A stretch of DNA of 44,428 bases from assembly GCF_004010195.1 (NCBI RefSeq), contig NC_057728.1, forward strand, positions 54,273,607-54,318,034, given 5' to 3'. Position numbers and translations under genes: made by a program. This DNA is from Chiloscyllium plagiosum. Lineage: Eukaryota. How positions within the stretch are numbered: position 1 is the stretch's first letter; each line of letters begins with the position of its first letter. Positions 25,011-36,861 of this stretch are shown here, in pieces. The notes under the pieces were generated by a model. The model saw only the letters and a program-made list of their open reading frames with translations. It ran no database searches and was not told the DNA's origin.

Positions 25011-25794
25011 CATATACAGTATGTGCTGCTGAGACTACGTTGTAATATTTCAGTTATACTGTAGATGGTGCTGTTGGACTGCAAACCACATTGATCCCAA
25101 CACTACTTCAATGTGTCACACACAAATTTAAGTTTTGAAGTTGCAACTGCTCCTTGCTTAGCTTAATTTTCCTAACTTGGGCTAATATCTTAATGCCCAG
25201 CAGTTGATTTGCACTCCACATAATACTGCATGAATGTATAATTTCATTAGGTTTGCAATAAACAACAGCAGCAGGGCATGTGATTTATTATCCTGTCTCC
25301 ATGTTTGGTAAACCTATTTAGAGCATTGTTATCATTGAGCAGGGTAATGAAAAAGCCAAGTGCAGAAATTGATACATAAATCAGACAAGTGTAAACATTT
25401 ACTCAGAAAAGACAGAAGCATAAATATTCTGCCTTAACGATGTGTGGAAAGAAATTAGAAAAAAAAACAAAGAGAAATGGATTTTCAAGTGCTGCAAATG
25501 AAAATCTGCCTTTATTGGTGACAATTTTTCCAATGTACATTACACCATCACAACTGTGGTAGTATCCATTGCCAGTCATTATTTATATATTAGGTGAATC
25601 AATATTTTTGGCATTTAACCAATCCCTAGATGCTTGTCCTAACTTGGGTTTAATAATTGGACATAAACTATGGTGCATGGATGATGATGATGATGTCTGA
25701 GAACTAGGTTCAAATTCAGTATGTTAGCATAGAAGTTATGTGGGTAATGGGGATGGAGTATAATTGTAGGGAAGTCTTACTAAAATTATACAGA

Positions 25795-26230
25795 TCTAGA
25801 TCCATATTTTGCTCCCTTTACTGAAGGAAAGATATACTGGCTTTGTAAGCAATCCAGAGTAGGTTCACTAGATGGTTTCCAGGAATGGAGGGATTTTTCT
25901 CTTGAGTAGAGTTTAAGTAGTGTGTATACTCATTGGAGTTAAGAAGAATGAGAGGTGACCCACTGAAACATAAAATGTTTTGAGGTCTTGACAGGGTAGA
26001 TATGAAGAGATTGTTTTCCCTTGACATCTACGACCAGAGGACATAATCTGAGAATAAAACGTCAACCATTTAAGACTGAGGAAGAATTTCTCCTCTGGTT
26101 TGTAAATCTGTAGAATCCTTTACTGCAAAGAGCTGGGTCTAAGTGTTTTTAAGGTAGCCAGATTTTCTTTTTAAATCAGTAAGGAAATTAAGGAGCTGAA
26201 GATTCAGATCAGCTATGATCTTATATCTAT
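25795..26230 (+). mobile_element. CR1 3' fragment (second subfamily)
   Basis: RKDILAL.AIQSRFTR.FPGM remnant; agaagaatgagaggtgac motif. Confidence 0.78.
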
Positions 26231-26237
26231 GATCTTT

Positions 26238-26730
26238 TGTACAACTCATCTGTGCCAACCAGACATCCCAATCTGACTAAGTCCAATTTGCCAGCAATTG
26301 ACCCATATCCCTTATTCCTTGGATGCTGTCTGACCTGTGTTTTTCCAGCAACACATTCCCATCCCATATCCCTTTAAATCCTTCCTATTCATATACCCAT
26401 CCAAGTGCATTTTATTTGTTGTAATTGTACCTGCCTCCACCACTTCCTATGGCAACTTGTTCCATACATGCACCACCATATGCATGAAAAAGTTACCCCC
26501 CAGTCCTTTTTAAATTTCTATTTCTCTCGCCCCCCCAAAACCTATGCCCTCTAGTTTTGGATTCCCCCACCCTAGGAAAAATACCTTGGCAATTTACCCT
26601 ATCCATGCCTCTTGTGATTTTATAAATTTCAGGAAGGTCACTCCTCCACCTCTGACACTCAAGGGGGGGGAAATGTCCCAGCCCATTCAACTGGTCCCTA
26701 TAACTCAAACCCATCAGCCTCGGCAACAGT
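26238..26730 (-). mobile_element. CR1 3' fragment, tail-to-tail with the previous copy
   Basis: EIYKITRGMDRVN...ESKTRGHRF. Confidence 0.88.
26314..26362 (+). mobile_element. 49-bp PLE pLTR micro-insertion
   Basis: ccttggatgctgtctgacctgtgtttttccagcaacacatt matches 20420-20462; 12-bp TSD cccatatccctt at 26302-26313 and 26363-26374. Confidence 0.82.
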
Positions 26731-27204
26731 TGAATGACAGCATATTCAGTAGCTGAACGCCCTATTTCTGTTCCTGCATTTTGTAATCTTATGGAAGTAG
26801 ATGCTTTGAAAACCTGTACAAGTCTGAGGAAGAAAATTCTTTGAATGTGAATCCACAAGCCAAAGTTATTCATCCAAAAGGCAAAGCAGTTAATAATTGA
26901 GCGAAAGTGGGAAAAGTGTGAATGTGATATAAGGACTGCTGGTCCAAGAAATGGAAAGCGTTCCCAATCCTTTGTCAGAGTTGTTAACCATTTATTGTCG
27001 AAGGAAAAAGTAAAGAGTATTTAGCACCAAAATTAGTATATGACCTTGGAACTGATTCTCTGGAGCAAAACCTGTTTCATTCCACAGTACTGAGGTTGCT
27101 CACTTGAATGAGTAGAATAGGGGAAATTCATAAGTTTTTATTATCTGTAAACCTTGCAAAAATACCTTCAGTTCCTTTGTCAAGATTTGTTAAAGCAGAT
27201 TACG

Positions 27205-27845
27205 AATAGAAGGCTTTTTTAGTATGCTTGCCTTTATTGGTCAGTGCAGTGAATATAGGAGTTAGGACTTCATGTTGCAGCTTTGCAGGAAATTGTTTAG
27301 GCCACTATTGGAATACTACATTCAATTCTGGTCACCCTGCTACAGGATTCATGCTGTGAAACTTGAAAGAGTTTGGAAAAGATTTACAAGGATGTTATCC
27401 AGGGTTGGAGGGATTAAGCGATAGGGAAAGGTGAATAAGGTGGGCTATTTTCCCTGGAGCTTTGGAGGCTGAGGGTGACCTTTTATAGAGGTTTACAAAT
27501 CATGAGGGGTGTAGATAGGTTGAATAGCCAAGATCTTTTCCCCAGGGTAGCAGAGTCCAAAACCAGAGGGCATAGGTTTAAGGTGAGAGAGGAAAGATTT
27601 AAAAGGGACCTGAGGGACAACTTTTTCATCTGGAGGGTGGTGCGTGTATGCAATGAACTGCCAGAGGAAGTGGCGGAGGCTGGTACAATTACAACATTTA
27701 AAAGGCATCTGGATGGATACATACCTAGGAAGAGTTTGGAGGGATATGAGCCAAATGCAGGCAAATAGGACTAAGGTTAGGATATCTGGTCAGCATGAAT
27801 GAATTGGACAGAAGGGTCTTTTTCCATGCTGTATGACTGAGACTT
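27205..27845 (+). mobile_element. CR1 3' fragment
   Basis: RPLLEYYIQFWSP and ESKTRGHRFKVR remnants; gtatgactgagact tail. Confidence 0.9.
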
Positions 27846-30475
27846 TGGGATGTGATCCCAAAACTGACCCCTATGGAACTCAACTAGTTGCCATTCTGCT
27901 ATCCTGAAAATGACCCTTTTAAATCCAGTCAGCCAGTCCTCGATCCATGACAGTACCTTGCCCTAACACCATGGACTCTTATCTTATTTAGCAGCCTCCT
28001 GTGTGACAACTTGTCAAAGGCTTTCTGGAAATCGAAATCGATTGTGTCCACTAGCTTTCCTTTGTCTAACTTGTTGCCTCCTCAAAGAATTCGAACAGAT
28101 TTGTCAGGTATGACGTCCCCTTAATAAGCTGTGCTGACTCAACCCTATTTTACCATGCACTTTTGAGTACTCTGCAATCTCATCCTTCATGATGGATTCT
28201 AAAATCTTACCAATGACAGAGATCAGGCTAATCCATCCATAATTTCCCATCTTCTGTGTACTTAAGCAAAGGTGTTACATTTTAGGAGCAAATTACTGTA
28301 GATACTGGAATCTGTACTGAAAACAAAAATGCTGGAAATCACAGCAGGTCAGGCAGCATCAATGAAGAGAGAGCAAGCTAATGTTTCGAGTCTAGATGAT
28401 TTCATCAGAGCTGACGTGAAGTCAGTTCTGCTTGGGTACCTTCCCATGTAACAGTTACCCCTTCCACCTCTCTGCTCCTCATCCAAGGTCCTAAACCACC
28501 TTTCCAGGCTAAGCAGAGTTTCATCCTTCCCTTCAACCTGGTGTATTGCATTTGCTGCACACAATGTGACCTACTCTACATTGGAGAAACCAAACGCAGA
28601 CTGGTTAACCACTTTGCTGAACACCTCTGGTCCGTGTGCAAGCAAGACCCTGACCTTCCAGTCATTTTAACACAGCGTCCTGCTCACATGTCCACTTGTC
28701 TGTCCTGGGCATTCTGTTATGGTCCAGTGAATCATAGCACAAACTGGAGGAACAATGTCTCATCTTCAAACTGGCACTTTACAACCTTCTGGACTTCAAA
28801 TTGAATTCAGCATCTTCAGATTGTAAACCCACTATTCATTCCTTCTCTTTTAGCTTTACTTGTTACATTCTCTGTCAGCATGTCCTCTGAGCCCTCCCTC
28901 CAGTTCAGTGGGACTGTCTGTTCTTTAAAGTTTGGCAGTTAGACGCATTATTATTCTGCCTTTCTCACATTGCAATAACTTAATCTGCACAATCAACACC
29001 CTTTCTCCGTCAGCACTCCCACCCCACCCCACCCCACCTCACCCCAATCATTACATATGTGCTGCTTCCTCCACATTTCATGTCAGCTCTGAAGAATCAT
29101 CTAGACTTGAAATGTTAGTTTGCTCTCTATCCATGGATGCTGCCTGACCCACTGTGATTTCCAGCAGTTTTTGTTTTCAGTCAAAGGTTTACATTGGCTA
29201 TTAATGAGTCTTATGGGATCCTTCCTGATTCCAGTGATTCACAAAAGGTCACCACCAATGCCTCCACAATCTCCTTAACTGTTCACTTCAGAAACCTGGG
29301 GTGTAGTCCATCTGGTCCAGGTAATTTATTCCCCTTCAGACCTTCCAGCTTCCCCAATATCTTCTCCACTACATTCACCTCTGCCCCTGACTTTCTTGAA
29401 GTTCTGATATGCTGCTGGTATTTTCCACCATGAGGACTGATGCCAAGTACCTATTCAGTTCTTGTGCCTTTTCTTTATCATTTCTGCTTTTCCCACCTCA
29501 CTTTCCAGTTATTCAATGTCCACTCTTGCCTCTCTTACCTTTTTATATATCTAATAAAATTCCAGCTATCACCTTTCCTCCCTTATTGTATTTTTTTAAG
29601 TAAGTCATCTGGCTTCCCACTAATCTTCACCACATTAAATGCATTTTCGTTTGTTTTTATGATGTCCTTCACTTGTCAGCCATTCTACCCTTGGTATGTT
29701 GTTTCTTCCTTGGCTTGACTTGCTGCTGTGTCTCCTGAGTTACCCCCCAAAACCCCTGCCATTGCTGCTTCACCGTCTTCCCTGTTAGCTCACTTTCCAA
29801 TCAACTCTGGCCAGCTCCTCCCTCATGTCTGTCGTTACCTTTATTCAATGTAATAGTTACATCTATTCCAGCTTCTCCCTCTCAAACTCCACGGTGAATT
29901 TTATCACATTATGGTCACTGCCCCCGAGGGGTTCTTTTACCTTAAGCTCCTCATCCAGAATTGCCTGTTCCCTAGTGGGCTGTACTATAAACTGCTCCAA
30001 GAAAACACCTCACAGAATTCCACAAATTCCTTTTCTTGGGATCTGCTACCATCCTGATTTTCCCAGTCCAGCCATATATTGAAGTCCCCATGGTCATTGC
30101 AATAGCACCTTTCTTACATGTCTTTCTATCTCTTGATTTATTTTCTGCCCCACATTCTGACTACTTGTAGAGGGCCTATACATAACTTCCAACTTGGTCT
30201 TTTTCTCTTTAGTAGTTCCTTAACTCTACCCACACTGATTCTACACTTTCTGACTTTATTTTGTTTCCTGCGATTGACTTAATTTCATTTCTTACTAACA
30301 AGGAAACCCCACCCCCTTTGCCCATCTGTCTGTCTCCTTCCAGTAGGACTGTATTCTTGGATACTTAGTATCCAACCCTAACTCCCTTTGCAGCCACATC
30401 TGTGATGTCCACAACGTTGTACCCGCTGGTTTCAATCTGCAATGTAAGTTCACTTACCTTATTTCATGTACTCCG
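27846..30475 (-). mobile_element. Older CR1 ORF2 fragment (endonuclease to RT), interrupted by a Penelope insertion
   Basis: On the - strand: GDFN (30080-30091), SDHN (about 29908-29919), PGPDGLHPR (29294-29320), DFQKAFDK (28010-28034). Confidence 0.85.
28282..29181 (+). mobile_element. Penelope-like insertion: inverted pLTR, GIY-YIG remnant, pLTR
   Basis: NLVYCICCTQCDLLYIGETKRRL.NHFAEH. Hammerhead cores at about 28375-28413 (-) and 29085-29118 (+). TSD caaagg(t/tg)ttacatt at 28267-28281 and 29182-29195. Confidence 0.88.
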
Positions 30476-30957
30476 CGTAAATAGTTGGGGCTCATCTGCA
30501 ATGTGAACCCGGGACCCATCATATGCTACAAATCCCAAAGCGAGAATTGCACCCATAGAACAATGAGGGAATGATGTGAGCATGAGTCAATGATGTAGCA
30601 CAAGCCACTCGTTCACTGTCACGCTTTCTCAGAGAATTAAACTGGGGAACTTCAGATTGTTAAATGGCTGCACTGCCTGCTATACTAAGAAATCATTGTT
30701 TCTCTGCTAGCTGGAAAAGAACCGTCCAACATAATCCCTCTTGCCAACCTTTAGCCTATAGCGCTGTAGGTTACAGCATCTCTAGTGCACATGGAAGGGC
30801 TTTTTAAGTGAGATGGAAGATTTTTGATTCTACCGTCTTTTCTTGCAGGGAGTTTCATGTTCCCACACCATCCTGTATCTGAGAGTTTCTCATCAACTTC
30901 TCTGTAAACTGTCTGTCCATTATTTCACAGCTATCCGCCCAGGTTATTAAAGAATCC

Positions 30958-31084
30958 ACTCGGCAAAAGTGAGTACTGCAGATGCTGGAGGTTAGAGTGG
31001 TGCTGGAAAAACACAGCAGGTCAGGCAGCATCCACGGAGCAGGAAAATTGACGTTTCAGGCAAAAGCCCTTCATCAGGAATGAA
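30958..31084 (-). mobile_element. Solo PLE pLTR with hammerhead (31050-31077)
   Basis: 13-bp TSD tattaaagaatcc at 30945-30957 and 31085-31097; core CUGAUGA-A-GGGC(UUUU)GCCU-GAAAC-GUC. Confidence 0.88.
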
Positions 31085-31204
31085 TATTAAAGAATCCCAG
31101 TCTTTTACACAGTTTTTAAATTGTATATCTCACTTCCATCTCTTTTTAGTATCCTCTTTTCCAAAGGTAGTGTATCCAATATTTTTTTCTTATGAAGAAA
31201 ATAT

Positions 31205-31615
31205 AAATGCTTGTACTTATACAGTCATTTCACGATCACAGGATATCTCAAAGTGCTTTACAAAATGTTTTTTGAAGTGTTGTCATTATTGTAACGTAGG
31301 GAATGCAACAGCTAATTTGTACATTGCAAGCTCCCAGAAACAGCAAAATGATGTTGACCAGCTAAATATTCTCCAAGGCACCTACACCCTTGTTCTTTTT
31401 TTCCAAATTATGCTTGGAATATTTTACATCCACCCATAGATGGGGGCTGGGTTTAATGTCTCATCCATAAGGCAACACAGTGCAACATTCCCTCAGTAGA
31501 TAATGGATGGTCAGCTTTGATTTTTGTGCTCAAGTCCTGGAATGGAATTTGAACCCGGAACTTTGTGATTTAGAGTTAGGAATAGGAATGCCATCAACTC
31601 AGCTACTGCTGACAC
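31205..31615 (-). mobile_element. DeuSINE (SacSINE1-like), near full length
   Basis: On the - strand: tRNA-like head (gggttcaaattcca), Deu domain (ggatgagacattaaacc...ggtggatgtaaaa) and L2-like tail (aaagcactttgagatatcctg). Confidence 0.75.
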
Positions 31616-33071
31616 ATTAGCAGTGTCCTTCTAATTTTTTGTTTGTCCTTCCTGTAATGTGGGGATCAGAGCTATAATGTAATATTCTAGCTGTGGCCTA
31701 ACTAGTGTCATACAGAATTCTGGCATAACCTCCTAACTCTTATAATCAGTGACTCATATGTTAAAGGAAAAAATTCTGTAAGGTTCCTTAAAAGTTTTAT
31801 CTAATCTGACGACACACACTCTTAGAGCCTTTCATCCTCTGTTTCACATCTACTACATACTGAATTTCGTTGACTGACTTGCCTTCTCCAAATGCATTAT
31901 TGCACATGCCTCTACATTAAGTTTGATTTTCTGCTAAATTGACCAGTGCATGGTTTATTGGCTCTTCCCCTGTCTATCCACTACACAAGATTTTGTATTG
32001 TTCAGAAAAGTCTTAATCATACCCTCTCTGTTTAAGTCTAAACCAGCAGTACACCACAAAAGCAAGGAGTCTAGTGCTGAGCCCTGCAGCACCCTAATGG
32101 TTGCAACCTTCCAGTGGCCTGAATGTCTTTCAGTCATTCCTCCTAACTACCACTGAACCAACTTAGTTTTCCCTTTGAGTCCATGAGTTTTCACTTCCTG
32201 ACCATTCTCCCACAAATTGGTCATCTCCTACGTTTAACTGATAAATAGGTTTTGTTGGTTGAGGGGGGGAAACAATCATGAAACCTGAAGCAATCAGTAG
32301 CTGTAATACAATTTGTGGAGCTGCACAAAGTCTCCTGGTCTCATTAAGATAAAAATAAATTTGGGGTAGTTTAAGCTCAGGCTTTTCAACATTTCCAAAA
32401 CTTAAGTGATCATATTTTCAAATGTGGGACATCTAAGTCTCTGATTTCACCACATGCTGCATAATATATTGTACTTGAAAAGCATTGAACACTACCTGGG
32501 TCATTGCGAACTTTATTCACTGGTGTGAATGAACTTCACGTGAATGTGAAGTACTGTATTGAAATTGAAAGTTTTAAAATAGTTTTCTACCAGCACTGGT
32601 CTAATTAATCTCTCAAAGCCAGCTTTTGCTCTGCCAACATTTCACTTCTCAGAATGAATGGAAATTAGCATGCTAAAAGCTGATTGTGTAACTGCTCTCT
32701 GCTTGATTCTGAAATACTGACAATCATTAGACCCAGCGATTTAACACGTGCTTGTTGCATCCTGATCCAATTAACAAAAGACAAGTGCAACGGTCCTCTT
32801 GTCCTGCCCTTATTTAGATTCCATATGACCATGGGGTCAGCACAGTGGCTCAGTGGTTAGCACTGCTGCCTCAGTGTCAGGGACCCAGGTTTGGTTCCAG
32901 CCTTGGGCAACTGTCTGTGTTGTGTTTGCACATTCTCCCTGTGTCTGCATGGGTTTCTCCAGGTGCTCTACTTTCCTCCCACAATCCAAAAGTTTGCAGT
33001 TTGGGCAATTTGGCATGGCCAATTCACCTATAGTGTTCAGGGATGTGTAGGTCAGGTGCAAATGTAGAGTA

Positions 33072-33290
33072 GAAAGTGAGGTCTGCAGATGCTGGAGATC
33101 AGAGCTGAAAATGTGTTGCTGGAAAAGCGCAGCAGGTCAGGCAGCATCCAGGGAACAGGAGAATCGACGTTTCGGGCATAAGCCCTTCTTCAGGAATCAT
33201 TCCTGAAGAAGGGCTTATGCCCGAAACGTCGATTCTCCTGTTCCCTGGATGCTGCCTGACCTGCTGCGCTTTTCCAGCAACACATTTTCA
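33072..33290. mobile_element. Perfect palindromic PLE pLTR insertion
   Basis: 94-bp perfect inverted arms (33104-33197 and 33199-33292) with a 1-nt spacer; direct repeat gcaaatgtagagta at 33058-33071 and 33291-33304. Confidence 0.95.
33203..33230 (+). ncRNA. Minimal hammerhead ribozyme core (mirror copy on - at 33166-33193)
   Basis: CUGAAGA-A-GGGC(UUAU)GCCC-GAAAC-GUC. Confidence 0.75.
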
Positions 33291-34970
33291 GCAAATGTAG
33301 AGTAATAGGGTAGAGGAATGAGCCTGGGTGGGTACTCTTCGGAGGGTCGGTGTTGTTGCGTCAAATGGCCTGTTTCCACACTGTAGGGATTCTATGATTC
33401 AGAGGTTCTCTACCTTGATCAGACACCTGTCAAAGCTCTTACCTAAGTGAACCAAAGAACACTATCCCACAGAAAAGAGAATCGAATGTTGCAAGACACT
33501 GTAGAACAAAAATAGTCTGTTTTTTCCACCATAAACTTCCATAATTCTGTTTTGTATGGCTGGTGCCTTATTTTCATAATGGATTATGCAGTTGGGTGAC
33601 AAGTGAACCCATTTCAAAAGATAGTCTACTATATGGGCAAGTTGGACTAATGAACAGAGTGGCTACTCTTCAAAATCTATATCTGACTCCACGATTTGTC
33701 CTTCCAACCATAAATAAAAAGTTTTGTTCTGAAAGATGTCTCCAGCAAGGGACTATACAGCTTGGATCACAGTTAAAGCATGTACTGCAAGGAAGGCATT
33801 CCTGTAGGTCAGGCATAATCTGTGACTGTCCAACAGTTGTCTGGAAGGAAGAGTTCGGTGGAGCTAACCCCATCTTGTAAATTGATAAGTTTGCAACCAT
33901 ATATTTATTTTTACAGGCATCTTGTACACCTCGGTTCTGGTAGTTGGAAGAACATCTGTCATAATCTTTAATTCATGCTTGGAGATCAGTCAGCTCTACC
34001 TCCTCTAGTGGAATGATGCAAATTTAAAAGACAAGTGAAAGGAACAGAATTAGTGTTGGGGCAGATGACTAATTAAATAATTCAACACTTTGAGTCCACT
34101 TCCAGCAAAGAGTTTATTGAAGTTACACTGATGGGAAGAAATCTCCGGGGTTCCAGAAGTTTCTTCCCTGAACAGAAGAAAGACAAACTTTTCATCTGTT
34201 TTCAGCCATCTTTGACTATTATAAATCAATCGTATTACTAATTGGTCACCTATATAGCCAATCAAGTTAATCATGTGACTGCATGATCTGTGATAGGCAA
34301 ACTTATGAAGCACCCTCAGTCTTCCATGATTTCATGATGTTTACCAGACAGCCTTATCTCTATCCTTGGGGTTTCACAGTGCATCTTATTCAGCCACGTT
34401 CTAATACTGCTAACTTCTGCTTCTGTAATTCAATTCTCCCAGCGAACAGTGTGAGGGCCTTTCCTTACTGTTTCAAGCTGTCTGTCTAAAGTTATTGAAT
34501 TAAGTCCCTGACTGTTTACTGTATTTTAAAAGATTATATGTGTTTATGTATATTCCAAATCAGTACTATGATGATCTGGGAATCTTAACAGACCCTTTTA
34601 TCCTGTGATGCATCTCATTATTTAAATCAGCTATGGAATTCTTCTATCAGCACACTCAAGGTGTCTTTATCCACCTGTTTCTGTATAAAGAATTGCAGCT
34701 GTATGTTTGCAACAGCATCCTTTGTGTAATCATTGTAAGACCGTTTGTGTGCTATTGTAATCTTGTTACCTTGGATGTATTCTGTTTACAAATATTACTT
34801 TACTATTACACGAAACAAGCTCCTGCTTCAGCTAAAAAATATCTTCTCCGCTATTTATTTTAACTAAAACTTGCAGCCAGCCATTTTCATGTCACCTTCA
34901 GCAGGGAATCCCCAATAATTGAGAATCAAGCTAGTTATTTGTAAACATTCTTTTGTCTCATCGAGTCATA

Positions 34971-35194
34971 AGGCAAAAGTAAGGACTGCAGATGCTGGAA
35001 ACCAGGGGTTAGATCAGAGTGGTGCTGGAAAAGCACAGCAGGTCAGGTAGCATCAGTGGAGCAGAAAAATCGACGTTTCGGGCAAAAGCCCTTTAGTTAC
35101 ACCTGATGAAGGGCTTTTGCCCAATATGTCGATTTTCCTGCTCCTCTGATGCTGCCTGACCTGCTGTGCTTTTCCGGCATTACTCTGATCTAAA
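34971..35194. mobile_element. Palindromic PLE pLTR insertion (older)
   Basis: Inverted arms of about 85 nt; 14-bp TSD ctcatc(g/a)agtcata at 34957-34970 and 35195-35208. Confidence 0.88.
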
Positions 35195-36082
35195 CTCATC
35201 AAGTCATATAGCAAGGAAACAAACTTTTCAGTCCAACTCGTCCATGCCAAACCAGGTTTTCCAAACTGAACGAGTCCCACTTGTCTATTTGGCTCATACC
35301 TTTCTAAAAGTTTTCTCTTCAATGTACCTAGCCAAATGTTTGTTTAAATGTTGTAACTGTACCTGCATCTACTACTTCCTCTGGCAGTTCATTCCACATA
35401 CGAACCACCCTTTGTGGGGAAAAAAAGTTGCCCCTCCAGTCCGTTTTAAGTCTTTCTCCCTTCAGCTAAAAATGTGCCCCCTAGTTTAGAATTCCTCTAC
35501 TCTAGGGAAAAGACCTTTGCTATTCACCTTACCTGTGCCCTCATGACCTTATGAAGCTCTATAAGGTAACCCCTCAACCATCTACGCTCCAGTGAAATAT
35601 CCAGTCTCTCTTTATAATTCAAACCCTCCAGTTCTGGCAACATCCTAGTAAATCTTTTCTGAGACCTGTCCAATTTAATAATATCTTTCCCACGGCAGGG
35701 TGACCAGACCTGTACACAGTACTCCAAAAGAGCCCTCGCCAACGTTCTGTACAACCTCAACACCAGTCCAAACTTCTATACTTAGTGGTCTGAGCAGTGA
35801 AGCAAGTGTGCTGAGCACCTTCTTAACCACCCTGGCTACCTGTGACGCAGCTTTTAAAGAACTACGTACCTGAATCTCTAGGTCTGTCTGTTTGACAACA
35901 CTCCCCAGGGCCATACCATTAACTGTCGAAGAACTGCTCTTGTTCATTTTACCAAAATGCATTACCTCACATTTATCCAAGTTAAACTCCATCTGCACTC
36001 CTCAGGCCATTGCCCCAATTGATCAAGATCCCTCTGTAATCTTAGATAACGTTTTTCACTGTAGACTATGCCACCAATTTTG

Positions 36083-36483
36083 GGGTTGTTGACTTACTCG
36101 CCAAGCTGGTAAGTTTGTTCGCAGACATTTCGTCAGTGTTCTACAAACATCATCAGTGCGCCTTTGAAGTGTTTGCGTTCTATCAAGCTTGCAATTTGTG
36201 TGTCTGGGTCTGCTGGTGTCATTTCCAGTTTTGTTTCTCGTTCTGTTTCTTAGTGATTGGTATACGGAGTCCAACTCTACATGTTTGTTCATGGAATTCC
36301 AGGCTGAGTGCCAGGCTTCCAGGAATTTCCATGCATGTCTCTGTTTGGCTTGTCTTAAAATGGATATCCAGATCCAGTCCCAGTCAAATTGGGGTCCTTC
36401 ATTGTCCATGTATATGAATACAAGTGATAGCTAGTCATGTCTCTTGGCAGCTAATTGGTGTTCATGTACTTGAATACTCTGAG
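36083..36483 (-). mobile_element. Penelope-like 3' fragment of a different clade (GIY-YIG C-terminus plus hammerhead)
   Basis: FDWD...SILRQAKQRHAWKFLEAWHS...NKHVELDSVYQ; 8-bp TSD caattttg at 36075-36082 and 36484-36491. Confidence 0.85.
36120..36160 (-). ncRNA. Hammerhead ribozyme core (PLE type, partly degenerate)
   Basis: Reverse complement cgca-CUGAUGA-(stem II)-GAAAU-GUC-ugcg, with a 4-bp stem I. Confidence 0.65.
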
Positions 36484-36861
36484 CAATTTTGATGTCATCT
36501 GCAAACTTACTCACCTACCTCCTGAATTCTCATCCAGATAATTTATATAAACGTAAAGCAACTGTGAACCCAGCACCAATTTCTGCAGAACACAAGTCAA
36601 AGGTCTCCTGTTCAAAAAACAACCTTCCACCACTACCCCCTCCCCCCCGTCCCCCCCCCCCATCCCGTCCTGTCTCCTATTGCCAAGCCAATTTTGTATC
36701 CAATTGGTAAGCTATCCCTGAATCCCATGTGATCTAACTTTACTAATCAGTCTACCATGTCAAAGGCATTACTGAAATCCATGTCGTCACAGTCTCCCGT
36801 TCTGCCCTCAATTGTGGCTTGCATCTTCATGGATCATCTTGACTGACTATTCTGGTTGGAG

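Larger units (their letters stand above)
30745..32215 (-). mobile_element. Very old CR1-like LINE remnant with younger insertions
   Basis: QGSALDSLL remnant (32062-32090) and LGHS.EYY-like remnant (31675-31700). Confidence 0.5.
32833..33400 (+). mobile_element. HE1-type V-SINE split by a palindromic PLE insertion
   Basis: Head gcacagtggctcagtggttagcactgc; V-domain; tail gtttccacactgtagggattctatgattc. Confidence 0.88.
35195..36810 (-). mobile_element. CR1 LINE, RT to 3' end
   Basis: SKFADDIK (36488-36512), QMEFNLDKCEVMHFG and LLEYCVQVWSP. Confidence 0.92.

Noticed and set aside
33104..33292. Palindromes as classical DNA-transposon MITEs or miRNA genes
   Set aside because: Arms are homologous to the 3' ends of RT/GIY-YIG-coding Penelope copies, TSDs are long and variable, and the ends are asymmetric; there is no evidence for miRNA processing.
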